DNA of 62,585 nt, filler included, from Circinaria calcarea (Eukaryota), in the NCBI GenBank assembly GCA_051942165.1. It is 15 parts of 15 records of this genome, joined end to end, with 100 filler letters (N's around TTAATTAATTAA, not from the genome) between each part and the next. Parts side by side here need not be neighbours in the genome. Positions count along the whole stretch, not along the records: positions 46,049 to 50,113 come from JAVECS010002486.1; positions 50,214 to 54,277 come from JAVECS010002487.1; positions 54,378 to 58,431 come from JAVECS010002488.1; positions 58,532 to 62,585 come from JAVECS010002489.1; 11 more parts are not named here. One strand, written 5' to 3'. The position numbers and the translations under genes were made by a program. The notes below the pieces were generated by a model that did not search any database, was not told the DNA's origin, and saw nothing but the letters and a program-made list of their open reading frames with translations. Each line of letters starts with the position of its first letter. Positions within the stretch are counted from its first letter, which is position 1. Positions 47,710 through 60,659 of this stretch are shown here, one piece after another.

Positions 47710-50700
47710 TTCCTAGTAATCGTGCACACCGGAGTGACTCTATCAACGATGCTGTTCACCTAATTGCCATGGTAGATTAGTATAGTAGTCCGTAGTTCCG
47801 AGCATTGCTCGTGGGTTTTCTTCAGCAATATGGGCGAGAAACCTTCAGCCGTAGCCGTGGTCTGATTCTGATATCCCTCCTAACAGCATATAGCATCTAG
47901 CATCCACGAATAAATCCCAATTGGACCCGTGATGGTTGACTTATTAGATAATTGCGATTGACTGGACTTGGTATATTGATTTTGCTTAAGCTTTTCAAGC
48001 ATCCTGTTTCGGCAGGCATCTTTATATAATAAGCATGAGAGTTTCCGCATCGATTAGTTCTTCGGCTTATCACATCGACCAGTTCTTGGACTTATCGGCT
48101 TCCTGATTGTCCTAGCTCACTTAGCGGGGTGTTCCTGCATAGCTACGCTATCTCTTTTTAGTACATTGTTCTGCGCTGCCTCTGGATGGTAAGTTCAAAT
48201 TGGAAACGAAAATCCATCCGCGTCGTTTAGGTGAAACAGAAGCAAGAGGATGTCTGTAGAAAATATCCGGAGGCTAGTGTTTACTATACTCTCGGTATTT
48301 ATAGATGCCTAGATCTGCTCATTACTTGTTCCCGTATTATAATAATAGCGCCAGAGTACATGAATTCTCTGATGGCCGTGTTGGACGTGATGTACCAGTG
48401 TAAGGTGGCTTCTCTAATAATGCACCAAATGTGTATGGGCTATCTAATTGGGAACAATGATGTTATGGGAAGGAGCAGGCGGGCCTGCGGGGGTATATAG
48501 CCCCAGAATAGACAGATAGAATCAATCAATTCTATTCCTCTGCATACTCTGCCGTGACAAGTGATGTGCACAGAGAAGATTAAATATCTTTATTTTTCGG
48601 CAGCACCGAATGCTGGGTATGCAAGTCTAATAGCAATTAATAGCTTATGGACAATAATCATCCCTACCTCCTTTGCCAAGAATTTGCTTCATAAATCGAA
48701 TTGCGAGCTCCTTATGGCTTTCACCTATGTCCTCGCCTCCTTCCCCCTTCCCCCTCTTAAACCATCCTCGCTCCGATGACCTGCTTAAAGCATCTATTAG
48801 CACACCGCAATCTAACTTGAAATGTCGGTCTAGGTAGGGTTTTGGTAGGTTTGCCAGAAGGTCCCTATTTCAGCTACCAAAAGTGGACGTCGATATCTAG
48901 AATATTAATTTATTCAAAGTGTCCAAATGCTCAGAATGTCAAGAGTGCTCGGACTTCCCAAAGCTTATATATCCGAATGCGTATAGTGTTATCAAAGTCT
49001 CCTTAAGCCTGGACTGTCCGTTTATCTAGAGTGTAAAACTGCCCAGGGGTCCCCGTATATCGAGACTTATCCTAGATGCTTAAATATCTATATGTTCTGT
49101 ATATTCAGATACCTGTAATCCCTCTTGGGTTTTGCAGAGGAACACCGTGATACAGGTACAGTCGAACTCAGAAGTGAATTCTGTGGTATATGGAGTTGTA
49201 AATTCGTCGTTGATGATCAAGGAGTTTGGAAAGCAGTAGAATCAAAGCCTTGTTGCGGGTGCTGTTTCGGGCATTGCTGAAATGCTGGATGAGCTTGGAG
49301 GGCTGCTATTGAGAACGAGGAGGGATTTGAGGTGGTCGCCTGTGCGATTTAAAGGTTGCTTAGCCATTCACGGATTTTAGAAACCTCTATTTCATTGATT
49401 AGCCGTGATATGTAGGAAAGCCCCAGTCTTTGAGCTTAAGTAAGTGGGTGCAGCTCGTTCCTGTATACACACAAAAGGAGCTTCTTGAGAGCCTTTCTCT
49501 TCTATGGAGAGCTCAATCATCATTGCGACAACATGCAGGCTGCCATCATGACACCAGTTTAATATGAGTCGCCATTTGTTAATATGACTGAGAGGAGGTA
49601 ATAATACTTTATCTTCTGCCATTGTCTGAGTAAGATAGCAGCGGGCCGTGGTTCCATCTTCTGCCCAAGTAATCGCGAAGCTTTCGCGCCGAGACAAGCC
49701 CGTCCACATCGAGCACCATCAACAGCTGGCGGTTCCTGAAGCCAGCCTCAGCAGGTCGATATCGCATAGTACGAATGAAGACGAGGATCGCGGCGATTGA
49801 AAATGCCTCAAAAAGATACAGCACTAGTCTTAAGGAGTATACTAAACCTGCAATTGTGCGGAGGATAATTGTCAAACCTTTTAGGTTCGGGGCTCGGGTG
49901 TACTGTGGGCGTTTCTAAAACTCAGCGGTATAGAATTTTTAATACCAGCCTACTGCAAGCCACCAACAGCCTAGAATATAATTAGGAAAATCACGTCCTT
50001 GGTAAAAATAATTAGAAAAATTAAGACAGAATTTTATGTAGATCACATTCATAGTGAGAATTATATAGGATTTGAAAATTTGCATTAAAGCTATACTAAG
50101 TTATATATAATAGNNNNNNNNNNNNNNNNNNNNNNNNNNNNNNNNNNNNNNNNNNNNTTAATTAATTAANNNNNNNNNNNNNNNNNNNNNNNNNNNNNNN
50201 NNNNNNNNNNNNNTGAATAGAGTCTTGCTAGCATGTCTGAGGCTGTAGAAATCCCTTAAGCTCAGGGACGCGGTGATGGCTCCAATCAGCTCTAATGGTA
50301 GTGCTTGAATACCCAATGGCATGACCAATCAGGACCGGACCGTGATCACATCAAGGCATTTGAGATGTTTTCTTAGACTGGTGGTGTTATGATATAAGAT
50401 GAAATACAATTCGACGACGCAACGGAGATTCGGCAATGCCATAGACATACATTCACTCTGTTAAAAGGAACGAGGGCACAATGGAACAAGGCTAGGAATA
50501 AAAGCAACTTGTCTATTATAGTCTATGACTAAGGCAAGAGCCGCAACATGGGACCATTATCGACGTTGGAGCAATACAGAGAGGCTCTTTGACCTCCATT
50601 AGGATAAGTTAGACCAGGGAAGATAGAGCGTGCAACCCTTTGACAAGGAGGCTCCCATCAGTGACTGCACTAGTCATGGTGTGATGTGAGGGTTTCCGTA

Positions 50701-53468
50701 TCCGTTTAGGCTGACTCAACACGAGGCCCTGGTCGATGGTGTGTGATCCGCGCTCCTTGAGCCCCAAAGAATGAGGCTTAAAAGAAGGCCTCCATGCTTA
50801 TGGAAGGCAGAAATGAAGCAGGATCTAGTCGGGATGGCATGGGCCTGTATGAAGCCATATCTGTGGCGTGATAGTTGCGGCACAAGCGGGCATATTGCCA
50901 GAGGCTAGATGCGAATTGAAATGACTATGCCGTAATCTCACAGGTAAAGTCGAGCTTTGAGTTTGAGGCATGAAAAGCACAGCCTTGTCCTTCAAGATGA
51001 TGTGAGTCGTGTCGGCACCCAAAACGGAGCGATGCGGCTCTGCGCTCAATAAATCCGACACACACACTCGGTGGCCGTAGTGACACGCCTAAGATCGGGC
51101 CTAAAGTTTGCCTTCAGATACAGGGACGCAGTAGCCTAACTATTACGCCATTAGCTAGAGGCCATAGAGTTTGTGTGTCGGACTTCTTTTGTCGCCGGCG
51201 TGCCTCGGCAAGAGGCTACAGGGAACATGACTCGATTCGGCCCCCGCAATCCATGACTTCAATCAGGGCAGTACAAGAATGCGAGGAAGCCTATTACCTA
51301 TCAGTATGCTTATTCTCTCCGGCGAAAGGTCCACCTCAGGCTTCATAACAAATGCCTCAGGCATTACGCTTAGGAATAGCTACTTCATAATCTACCATAG
51401 AGCAGCCGGGCGGAACATGCCGCTAGGCGTTCCTGTGTACTGGTTCGCTGGCTTGCTTTCATCCACTATTCTATCAGCCTGATGGATTAGTTCGGGTTCT
51501 AGTACGGCGTGGTCGTACTAGCAATTGACTCTCATGCAATTCACATCGAGGAGTCTGGACCGTGTAGCTCTTCCGTCTTTTTGCAGCACAAGAGCGAATC
51601 TGTGCATCAACGCACAGCAGCATGTGTCCTGTAGGTGTTGCGGCATTCATGCAACACAAGTGGATACGTACATGGAAGCAGTGGAGAAGCTGCTACCCTC
51701 AAGACCTCTATTTCATGTTATTGGATGCGGTTCTTAGCAGAAAAGTGGTATAAAACGATGCATGTTAGTGGACTCAAGCATTAACCGGACCAATGTAAGG
51801 AGACCCTACCAGACAACAAATACCCGCAGCCAGTTGATGCCTGCCCTCCAATGCCATTGCAAACGCATCAAGCCATAGGTGTCAGTTGGAGTGTATCCTC
51901 GCGCAAGCAGCCAGTATAGTTCCTCGTTTAATTGCATATAATGTGCTCGTTTGGTAGCCTCGCCCAGAACTCTAAAACCCCTCAGAAATGGTGTCAAGAT
52001 GCTGTGGGTTCGTTGAAGCCTTCTCTCGCATCGTCGCTGCCGGCTAGGGCCTGCAGTTTGAGCCGACAACGATGCACTCTGTTGCTGTAAATCCAAAATG
52101 TGGGTACCAAGGATCGCGGTCTAGGTGGTGGAAATGTAGGAGAATGAGTTGGCCTCTGAGCTGGGTTTGAGGGATAGCTGCGCCTGGTCGAGGAGGATGA
52201 TCCGATATTTGATGGCTGGGTTCCTGAGTTCTGTGTTTCTAGACGAAATGCACACAGCAATTGCTAGCAATTTTATAGGCGTGTTTGTGAGCGGGAAGAA
52301 AGCGATATAGGAGAAAAATTAACAGGATTGGATTGTGGGGATACGGGAACTTAAAGGAGTTGGATGAGTTGGTAGCACAAGGAACTGAATAGGTACTAGG
52401 CAGATAGATGTGGTAACGTCTGCCTGAAAATGTGGGGAGGCGTGGGGGTTGAATCTGGAGTCACGAGATTATGATCTGATGGTAACAACCTACATGCAAT
52501 GGAAACTATTAGGGGTAGGGTGAGAGTAGTTCTGTGAAAGACAAGGATGATTGAGTACGAGAAGTTGTTGAGCGCGGCCACCTCCTAAAACCTAGAAGAC
52601 GCAAAAGGCGTCGACATCGATGCTCTGGGCCATCTTGCAATGTAGAATCCAGTGTCTTCGCATAGAACTTTTGGTCATAGACTGATTCCTGGTCTACTAT
52701 TGGATACGTCCACGTGTAGACGCCATAATAGGAGCAATATTAACAAGCTGCGAGAATCTTTTAGATTATCTTCAGGAACCCTATCCCGAAGGACGAGGGT
52801 ACCTGAATATCGAAGAACGGGTTTGAAGTGAACGGCCATGTATGGGTTTCTCTAGCCTTATATAATTGTGCCAGGAAGATAAAAAGGGGTAACGAGGGAG
52901 CATTCAAGGTACTGCTGGGATTGGAAGAATATTCACCTACTATTTATCCCATATATGTAGTCCTTTGATACTTAAACCACCCCTGCATCACAATATATAT
53001 TTATGGGATATTCTAGTACAAACGATAGAGTATCTATCTAGCCATCCAAGGGAATACAAAAACACGCTACAGTGAAATCCCCCTATTTCCAACTTCCCCG
53101 CAAAAACGGAACAACGGAAAATGATAGTGTCATTTCCCATCAATAACCTCTGTTTAAAAAAAGGCAGTATAGCAAAGCTCGAGATAATCGAAGTTCTTTC
53201 ATGTATGACTGCCTTTCATCAACAAAAATACGTTCTCAAAGTTCGGCACTTTTTCACCTTGAAGCATGTAAAGTGACTAGGGCTTCAAGACAGCATAACA
53301 CAATTTTTTCATTAATAATAAACGCTAATTCATGCTCATAACTCGTAACGATGGTACTGTGTAATGATACAGGGGTATTCCTTTTCCCAAACCCCTGGCC
53401 AAATCCCAGCTAAAAAGCTATGCCAAAAAACCCACCCAGAACAAAAGAAGCAATGTCCTAACTATGCG

Positions 53469-54277
53469 CTAAGAATACTTACACAAGATTACTGGTCTCC
53501 AAGTCCTCTGGGGCTGTGGGTGCCACAAAAAAGTAGGCGGATTTCCCAGGACCGGCTCTGCGGAGAGGAGTAGTGCTCGACCCTCACGTGGCCTGGTCGG
53601 CGGCGTGTAGAAGACGTCGTCCTCGTCGTTATCGTGCTGGACGGGCTTGCCTGAAGATTTGAGCCCGAGGGCCTCCTGCAGCTTGGTTGATGCAAAAGCA
53701 TTGGGGTCGTTACCCATCGCCTTGACTGCCATCGCGCGGTATCTACTTTTTAGCTTTTCGATTTTCTGGGCGATGATGTCGGTTTCTGAGGTCTTTGGAG
53801 GAACACAGTTACCGACAGCACGGATTGGTGTTTGAGGAGTCGGAGGCGTGCAAGGGATGGAGGTACGTGGTTCGGTGTCGAAGATTGGTTCCGGGAGGAC
53901 TTCGATGATACTAGGATAGGAGGTGCGAGGTTTGATTTCAAGAACTGATTGCTGAAGGGCGTCGGCTACCTCGATGTTTGTGTCGGTAGTAGGTTGAAGG
54001 AGACTGTCACCGGGCATATCGAATTCTATGGAAGGCAATGGGATATCTGGATCAATACCGAGACCGGGGATGGAAGCCAAGTCGATGTCATCGGTATCAC
54101 TGATAGCGACAATGGAACCGCAGTCGGCGAATTTCCTGCGGGTGCTGGTGATAGTAGCCCAGTCAGGGTCTTGAATATCAGTGCGACGAGGGGTGATGAC
54201 AGGTTGATGACGGCAGTCTCCAAGAACCCCGATAGGCTCTTCCGTTGCCTTGAGTAAGTCCCCAGCGATGTTAGGAT
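53469..54277 (-). CDS. Hypothetical acidic/Pro-rich protein, 3' part
   Basis: Frame open from the contig end for about 269 codons; no family recognised. Confidence 0.5.
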
Positions 54278-54377
54278 NNNNNNNNNNNNNNNNNNNNNNN
54301 NNNNNNNNNNNNNNNNNNNNNTTAATTAATTAANNNNNNNNNNNNNNNNNNNNNNNNNNNNNNNNNNNNNNNNNNNN

Positions 54378-55241
54378 TATACCGACGAAAAATAGTAAAG
54401 GTACAAGGGTTGTGAATGTGCCTGTCGTCGATAATCCGGGGATCATCTGAAGGATAGACACGGAAAGAAAATAAAAGTTTGCTAACTTGGAGAATTGCGC
54501 CACGAGCTGCCGCGGCAAAAAGCTCCAGGCATTGTACTTATTTGAACGTATCATATTGTTTATGTACGGCCGACCAGTTCGCTGATCTATCAATGGCTTA
54601 TGCTGTGCGTGACCCAGCTGGATATGCCTACCATCTGTGCTTGGTGGTATCTCATTAAATCGGGTTATGAACTTCTTCGCTTCCCGACATGCATACTTGA
54701 TTCTTTGAATAGAGGTAGACAACGCTATTCTATGCCGTGCCCATATGTGGTTTTTCGACGAGTATAGGGTGCTAAGTCCCTTTTTCCGAGGACGAATTGG
54801 TAATTCTAAATCTTCCTCGAAGTCAACGGCTGGTAAGACTGTAATGTTGGTCTTGGACTCCTTCCCAGCTTTGGTGCCTGCTGCCATATATATAGGCGGC
54901 GATCCCTGGGTTGTGGATCCAGCTGATTGTATCTCTAACGACTGCACATCCGAATTTTCAAGGTTTCTGGCCAAAAAAGATCTTCGTAGTGAGTAACCTC
55001 TGTCGCGACTGCGCCAAGCTCGGTGTTGACTCGAGGACAGCCGCGGATTTGATGGTGCTACATTCAATTTTGGCTTTTGCGGATCTCCCATGGCTTCTTC
55101 TTGGTAATTACCCTGTCGAGAAATTCCAAGGGGGTGCGACGCATCGCTCCTTCCTAACGGCAGATCTGTAGTATCGTTTGTTCGCCCAATAGGTTGTTCT
55201 GCTTCTCCCTGAGAAGACAAAGAAGCCTGCTTTCCCTCCAT
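54378..55241 (-). CDS. DNF3: P4-type ATPase (phospholipid flippase), DNF3-like, 5' part
   Basis: PPSTDGRHI and LIDQRTGRPYINNMIRSNKYNAWSFLPRQLVAQFSKLANFYFL...LQMIPGLSTTGTFTTLVPL. Confidence 0.9.
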
Positions 55242-55909
55242 CTTTCCATTGTCATTGGCCTCCAGTCTAACATCGCTCTATCTCGACTCCGTGCACAATC
55301 CTGAATTTGACTCTCCTGTGTTATTGTCGATCATCTCCCGTTTCGGATCGAAGGTGGCCTGGTCTGTTGACTTCGAACAGTCGCGGCGAAAGGCGAGAAT
55401 AGGAGGTCGAGTGTCGATAGAATGTCTCTGTTATACCTGGAAGCCCCATAGCTGTGATTCTCTAAGGTCGGAACCCTGATATTTGGAATATTCCTCTAAA
55501 CTGCGTGCGCGACGACGGCAGATGTATTGGCGCAGCAGAGTACGGAGTACGGCTCTGTTTCTGGCACACACCACTATCACCACTCGCGATAGTGGAGCCG
55601 CTGACGTACGCGCCAGGGGCAAAGGTCGCCCTGCATCTGCATGAACCCTTCGTGCAGCGACAGCAATTGGCCAGGACTCGGCCGTCAACTGGCTTAAAAT
55701 GAAATGCCCCCGACCAGATTGAGCAACTCGCGGTCAAACAGATGTCGCAGCGAAGGCAAACAGCCATGTTCCCGGAGATGTAAAGCGAATCATACTTCAT
55801 TCGTTAACAACCAGCATTATCCCATATCCGTTTTGAATTCTTACAGTATCAAGGCAGCTTTCTCTTTGAGCAAGCGGCCGCTTAACCAGCTGGAATACTC
55901 GGGGCACCC

Positions 55910-56084
55910 CACGCGGGTGACAAAATAGTTGGCACACCAAAATAAGGCCGACCGTAATCGGCCGCCTAATTATGATGACTAAAATTGTGATGACCTTCAA
56001 GAGCTAGAGGTTACCGTGGCCTACTGCTAGGGGCTCGGCTTAAGCCAAATTGTTTGGCGTGCCAACTATTTTGTCACCCGCGTG
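55910..56084. mobile_element. MITE (175 bp) with 32-bp TIRs
   Basis: CACGCGGGTGACAAAATAGTTGGCACACCAAA at the left end and its reverse complement (1 mismatch) at the right end. Confidence 0.85.
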
Positions 56085-56788
56085 CCCCCCATGTTACGCG
56101 GCACAATAATCTTTCAGTGTCGAATTCAGCAATGACCATCACTAAGGTCCTCCTCTAACGTGCAGTAATTATTTCTTCTCCAAAGCCCCTGAATGGAGTG
56201 GCTCCCCGTCAACCATCTACAAGTCTATTCAAATCCCAAAAAGCGTGACCGGATGCTCTCCTTCCGTCTTTGCAATTCCTCGAGATACCTCGATGAGATC
56301 ACTTGTTGACCTCTCAAGAGGAATTCGCCAAGTCGAGCCTAAGTGGATGGTCATACCCCAGGTCCTCTGGAAATGATATCTCAGACTGGTTGGAGTGCGA
56401 GCTAGCCCAGGGCTGAATGTATAAGGTTCAGTCGAAGAAGTCGAGGAGATTTGGGATAATAAGCGACGAGAATGGTGGCTGTGTCATTCCGTGTCATTAT
56501 AGAGATCAATAAGGTACCATTGTATAGAATAACATGCAAGCATATCAAGTTCTCAGAACAACCTCGGAAAATTGTACATAGGACCCATATTACATTGACC
56601 ATGTCTTTCCCAGTACCGTTTGCGCAGCATGAAACGATAGAAACGAAGGCAATCGGCTCAATATTTGCCAGTGAACTAAGAAGAGAAGACCCTATGATAC
56701 AATGTTGTCCACCGGTAACTTCCAGCCCTTCGTAGTATGATAATTCTACCCTACAAACCCATATGCACATCACACTCACCGTATTAAC

Positions 56789-57349
56789 TCACAATGCCGG
56801 TCGTCCCTGCTGCTGACCCTGGCCACTAGTTCCGGGTGCAATCAGCTGAACTCCCCATTAGCCCACTATGACCTCCCATCTGCACCCACCGATCGTTCAA
56901 CTCACCTCACCCGCCGCCTCCCTCGCCTTCTGCTCCTTCTCCATCTCAATAAACTGCTGCTCTTCCGAGAATGCCAGCGCCCACGGCACCCCCACCATCA
57001 GCGCACTCGTGCTCACCACAAACAGGGTCTTCCCTCCCCAGGTGAGTAAGGTCTTTGCGTAGGAAACAGCTGTAGAAGAGGTAGAGGAGATCCGGCGCCG
57101 GGTGGCGGGCGGGACCATGTCACGAAGGGCGAGGATGCGGTCGCTGAGGGATTCGGAGCTTGGGAGCACGGACAGATCGTCGACATCGGAGATTTCGCTA
57201 TCTATGGAGAATGAGCAGGTTAGCGGTGGAAGGGTGACGAGGAAGAGGAAAGAGGGACCGGTGTCGGTAAAATCATCATCGTCGATAAATTCCTTGCCCA
57301 GCTGGAGCTGTTTGAGCTCGTCGTCCTCGACTTCTTCGAGTTGGACCAT
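56789..57349 (-). CDS. TOM22: Mitochondrial import receptor subunit Tom22
   Basis: MVQLEEVED..., DDDFTDT|DSEISD, ESLSDRILALRDMVPP, TM segment VVSTSALMVGVPWALA. Introns 57258-57202 and 56905-56846; last exon LIAPG...PAL*. Confidence 0.95.
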
Positions 57350-58109
57350 TGCGAAGGGACTCTATTTTGTGTGTCTACTGAGAGAGCACTGTATGATGTC
57401 GAATTGAAATTCACAGAGATTCGCTGAATAGAGGCGTTGAGAGTGTTAAAAGATGGCAGTTGACATTTTTTGGCTTCGAGGTTCGCTAGACTCGGGAAGC
57501 CAAGAATGACGGGGGTAGCAGCAATTACATGTAAGATTTATTTTGTACACCCGTCCCTTTTACATAACGCCATGCATATTCCCCCAGCTAAAATCTTTTG
57601 TACACCCTCAAATTGATTACTTTCCTAACCACTGTGGATCCTGCACCTGTTGTGCTCAAGCTCAGTCACAGCGCACAGCAATAATGTTTTTTTCTAACCC
57701 TACTATATAGCTACCCTGAATACTTCATGTTTTCTACTCGAACTTTGATTAGGATGTGCAGGTGGTTAGGGCTAAGATATGTCAATCGTGCAGGCCCCAC
57801 AGTAGGGGGGAATACAACTAAACTTATAGGGGCGTACATGTGTTTAACAATGGTAGACATGTAACGGAAGTCTAAATCTATAGGGCATTCTTCTCTACCC
57901 ACAAGAGGTCGCCTAATCGGGCAGAGGGATTGCAAACTTAGTGACCGGAAATGGGTGACCAGCTACGGATCGGCCTTTTTTTTGGCAATGCTTGTACTAG
58001 CAGGCAGGAGGCCCGCCACTATCAGTGGTGGGACTCCATTCTATAAACCAAAGGTATCGAGTTGGAACCATATTTATAACACGACATTACAAGACTCTAT
58101 ATCTGTACA

Positions 58110-58431
58110 TTATCTCCTCCCCAGCTTCCATTTCGCAATCCTTTCCTGTATCTCGCCCCATCCAAAATCTCTCCTCTTAACCCCTTCCTCGTCTCCCTCT
58201 TGCAGTACCACCGTCGGAGCGCCACTTCCATTACCCACATTCTGGACACCTCCCCTAACGACCATCCTCGCCACCCTCCGTAAATCTTGCACCGTCAACG
58301 CCTCGATCTTGCGGCACATCTCCTTGACCCCTACTTTCCGTCCATGAACCTGCACCTGCCTTCCCAGGTCTTCCAACTCCACCATTCGACTTTCGAGGTT
58401 CATTAACAGGCTACTTCGGAGCTGGTTCTTG
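58110..58431 (-). CDS. MAS2: Mitochondrial processing peptidase alpha subunit, 3' end
   Basis: [32 protein letters not shown]...[17 protein letters not shown]. Confidence 0.93.
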
Positions 58432-59492
58432 NNNNNNNNNNNNNNNNNNNNNNNNNNNNNNNNNNNNNNNNNNNNTTAATTAATTAANNNNNNNNNNNNN
58501 NNNNNNNNNNNNNNNNNNNNNNNNNNNNNNNAGAAGATCAAAGAGCAGACGCGGCGGGGGTGGTATAGAGAAGTGGCATAATCATGGGCGGGCAGGGACT
58601 GCACAGGGGCCGAAGCATAGGAGAACATTGTACATAAGCAATGCTGGACGACAAGGACAGTTAACATGCCCACATTCGCCAATGCTCTTCACTGGCTAGA
58701 ATGGGATTGCGTTATCGAGCAGTGTCAAGATAGTGCTTGTGTTCAACCAGATCACTCTAAGGAGGAAAATCAGTTGTTCAATCAGCGGGTCTCAACCACG
58801 GATGTGAATGTATTAATTTTCAAACTGATATAATGGAGGCTGATTATTAACCGGCCGATGGCTTGGCTATCAAAACAGTAGAGCTGATTCTCACGACACA
58901 GCCCCAACAAGAAGCAATGAGAGACTGCAAAACCTAATACTGTTGGTAATTGCTGGTAATCCTCCATCCTCCAACTGACAGGCTGACCCCAAGCCCATAC
59001 CTAATCAATCGAACGGAATATTGAGTATTTAATATTTGATTCAATAATTTAGCTCGCGTTTACAACAATGCATTGATTTTGGAGTTTAATATATTTATAA
59101 TATAATACCCTTTATTCTCAACCTTGTAAAATATGTTTGAACAACCGTGTTCATACTTTCATATTAGCCCTAGCTATGCAAATAGTGAATCGAATACCTG
59201 TTGTTAAGCAAGCAGAACCAATTTACTGACTTAGTCGATGACCCACCATTGGTAGAGTATATATTCTCCAGTAAATCGATGCTCCCGGACCATATCTGCT
59301 CTTTTCTCCGACAGCTCAACCTTGGCCAAATCGTCTGCTGTCAACAGACATCTCCACCTACAACGCGTATAACCTTCTTCAGTTTCTTTGATTGAGCATC
59401 TCCACGAGCAGGGCGTGCTTGGAGGCATTGGATTTTGGATGAGAAAAGACGATGGCCGCCGATCCTGCAAAGTTGCTGGGAAAAGTCTCCTC

Positions 59493-60297
59493 TCAGGTTT
59501 GCGCCAGGCCTGAATTGTGGAGAGTAACCAAATAGCCCGTGCTGTCATGCGTCACAACGGAACTGTGCGGGACCGGAATTTGAGGGTGAGAAGTCAGTTT
59601 TAGACCGGAATAGAACATGGCGAGACCGAGACCGAGACCGAGACCTTTGAGATAAAGAAACGGCGGCGAAACAGGCATTCAAGCCTTGGATTCGGCTGAA
59701 TTAGGTGCGTCTGTGGTCGGTAAGACTGCTTTGTCCCTAATGCCGTATGATGCCAGATATGTTAAAGGGCCCCCCGGAGATCCCGATGTCTGCAATCTGG
59801 CCCCCGGGCGAAAAGCATTGATTTAGGGATGGGCAGTTAATTCATAGGGACACTTTCATCCTATGCTGAGAGGTGGTAATGACACTTGGAAATTCAGAGG
59901 CCTATCCACCGCAACAGTCTCAGCCATATATTCCCAGATAATATATCCCCTTGAGATCTGTTTCCGCCTCCGACAAGCTGGGCATGCGGTGTCTCCAGTC
60001 TTCTAGATGCTACTTCAGCTCTGTGGTCCTGATAATTTCTTTTTCGCATCTTCATCAAGCATGCGAATCTTCTTCTAGAACCTTAATCTCAAGCATCGAT
60101 TCTAGAAGGCCGAAAAAGAATTTTTATGCGAACGGCCGCCGGTATCCAATTCATCCCCGCTAGTAGAAGGCTCCCAGAGCGACGTCTCAACATTTACGCT
60201 GAGGGTAGGTGAGAAAATCACCACCGTCCCATTCCTCAGGGTAAAGGTAAGGGATGACGATTGGGGCTGTAGCACCCGTGAAAAGCAAATGTTCCAT
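59493..60297 (-). pseudogene. Decayed gene resembling the N-terminus of fungal HET-domain proteins
   Basis: MEHL...IPYL...WDGGDFLTYPQRKC*...*KFFFGLLESML matches the MDHL..PYL..YDGG.F..YP.R.GW..WLFFGLL pattern as I recall it. Many in-frame stops; 3' limit approximate. Confidence 0.5.
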
Positions 60298-60659
60298 CAC
60301 GCAACTGTTTGATATCAACCAACTCCCCAGGGCGAAATGAGAAACGTACATTGTAAGCAGCGAGCTTGAAAACAATGAATCTATATCTTACCTTTGGGCT
60401 AAGCCTGTCTAGAAGTATTGTAATAAGTTGCTTCAAACTTGACGCTGAGAGTTTCCTGAATCTGATTCTTTAAATTCGCCTATATCACATTAGCGTGCCC
60501 ACAAACGAACCTAGGGTTTTGCGCTGCAGTAAATCTACTAAGCCTGACGTATCTCGAAGTTGTAAAACATTGCGATTTGTATTCTCTGTCCGCAAGCACC
60601 CACCAAATATACCCTTCCACTGCAAAGCTTAGGACCGGCAGCGTTTAATAGTGCCCAGC

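Noticed and set aside
47760..53300. Numerous short ORFs in contigs 12-13
   Set aside because: No recognisable motifs or coherent exon structure; treated as intergenic or decayed sequence.
159..55280. TAA/TAG reassignment to Gln, suggested by single in-frame stops at 159, 9573, 28475 and 55278
   Set aside because: Conserved genes end normally at TAA/TAG (RACK1, RAX1, nuo-24, MAS2) and long ORFs lack internal TAR. C>T mutation or damage is the simpler explanation.
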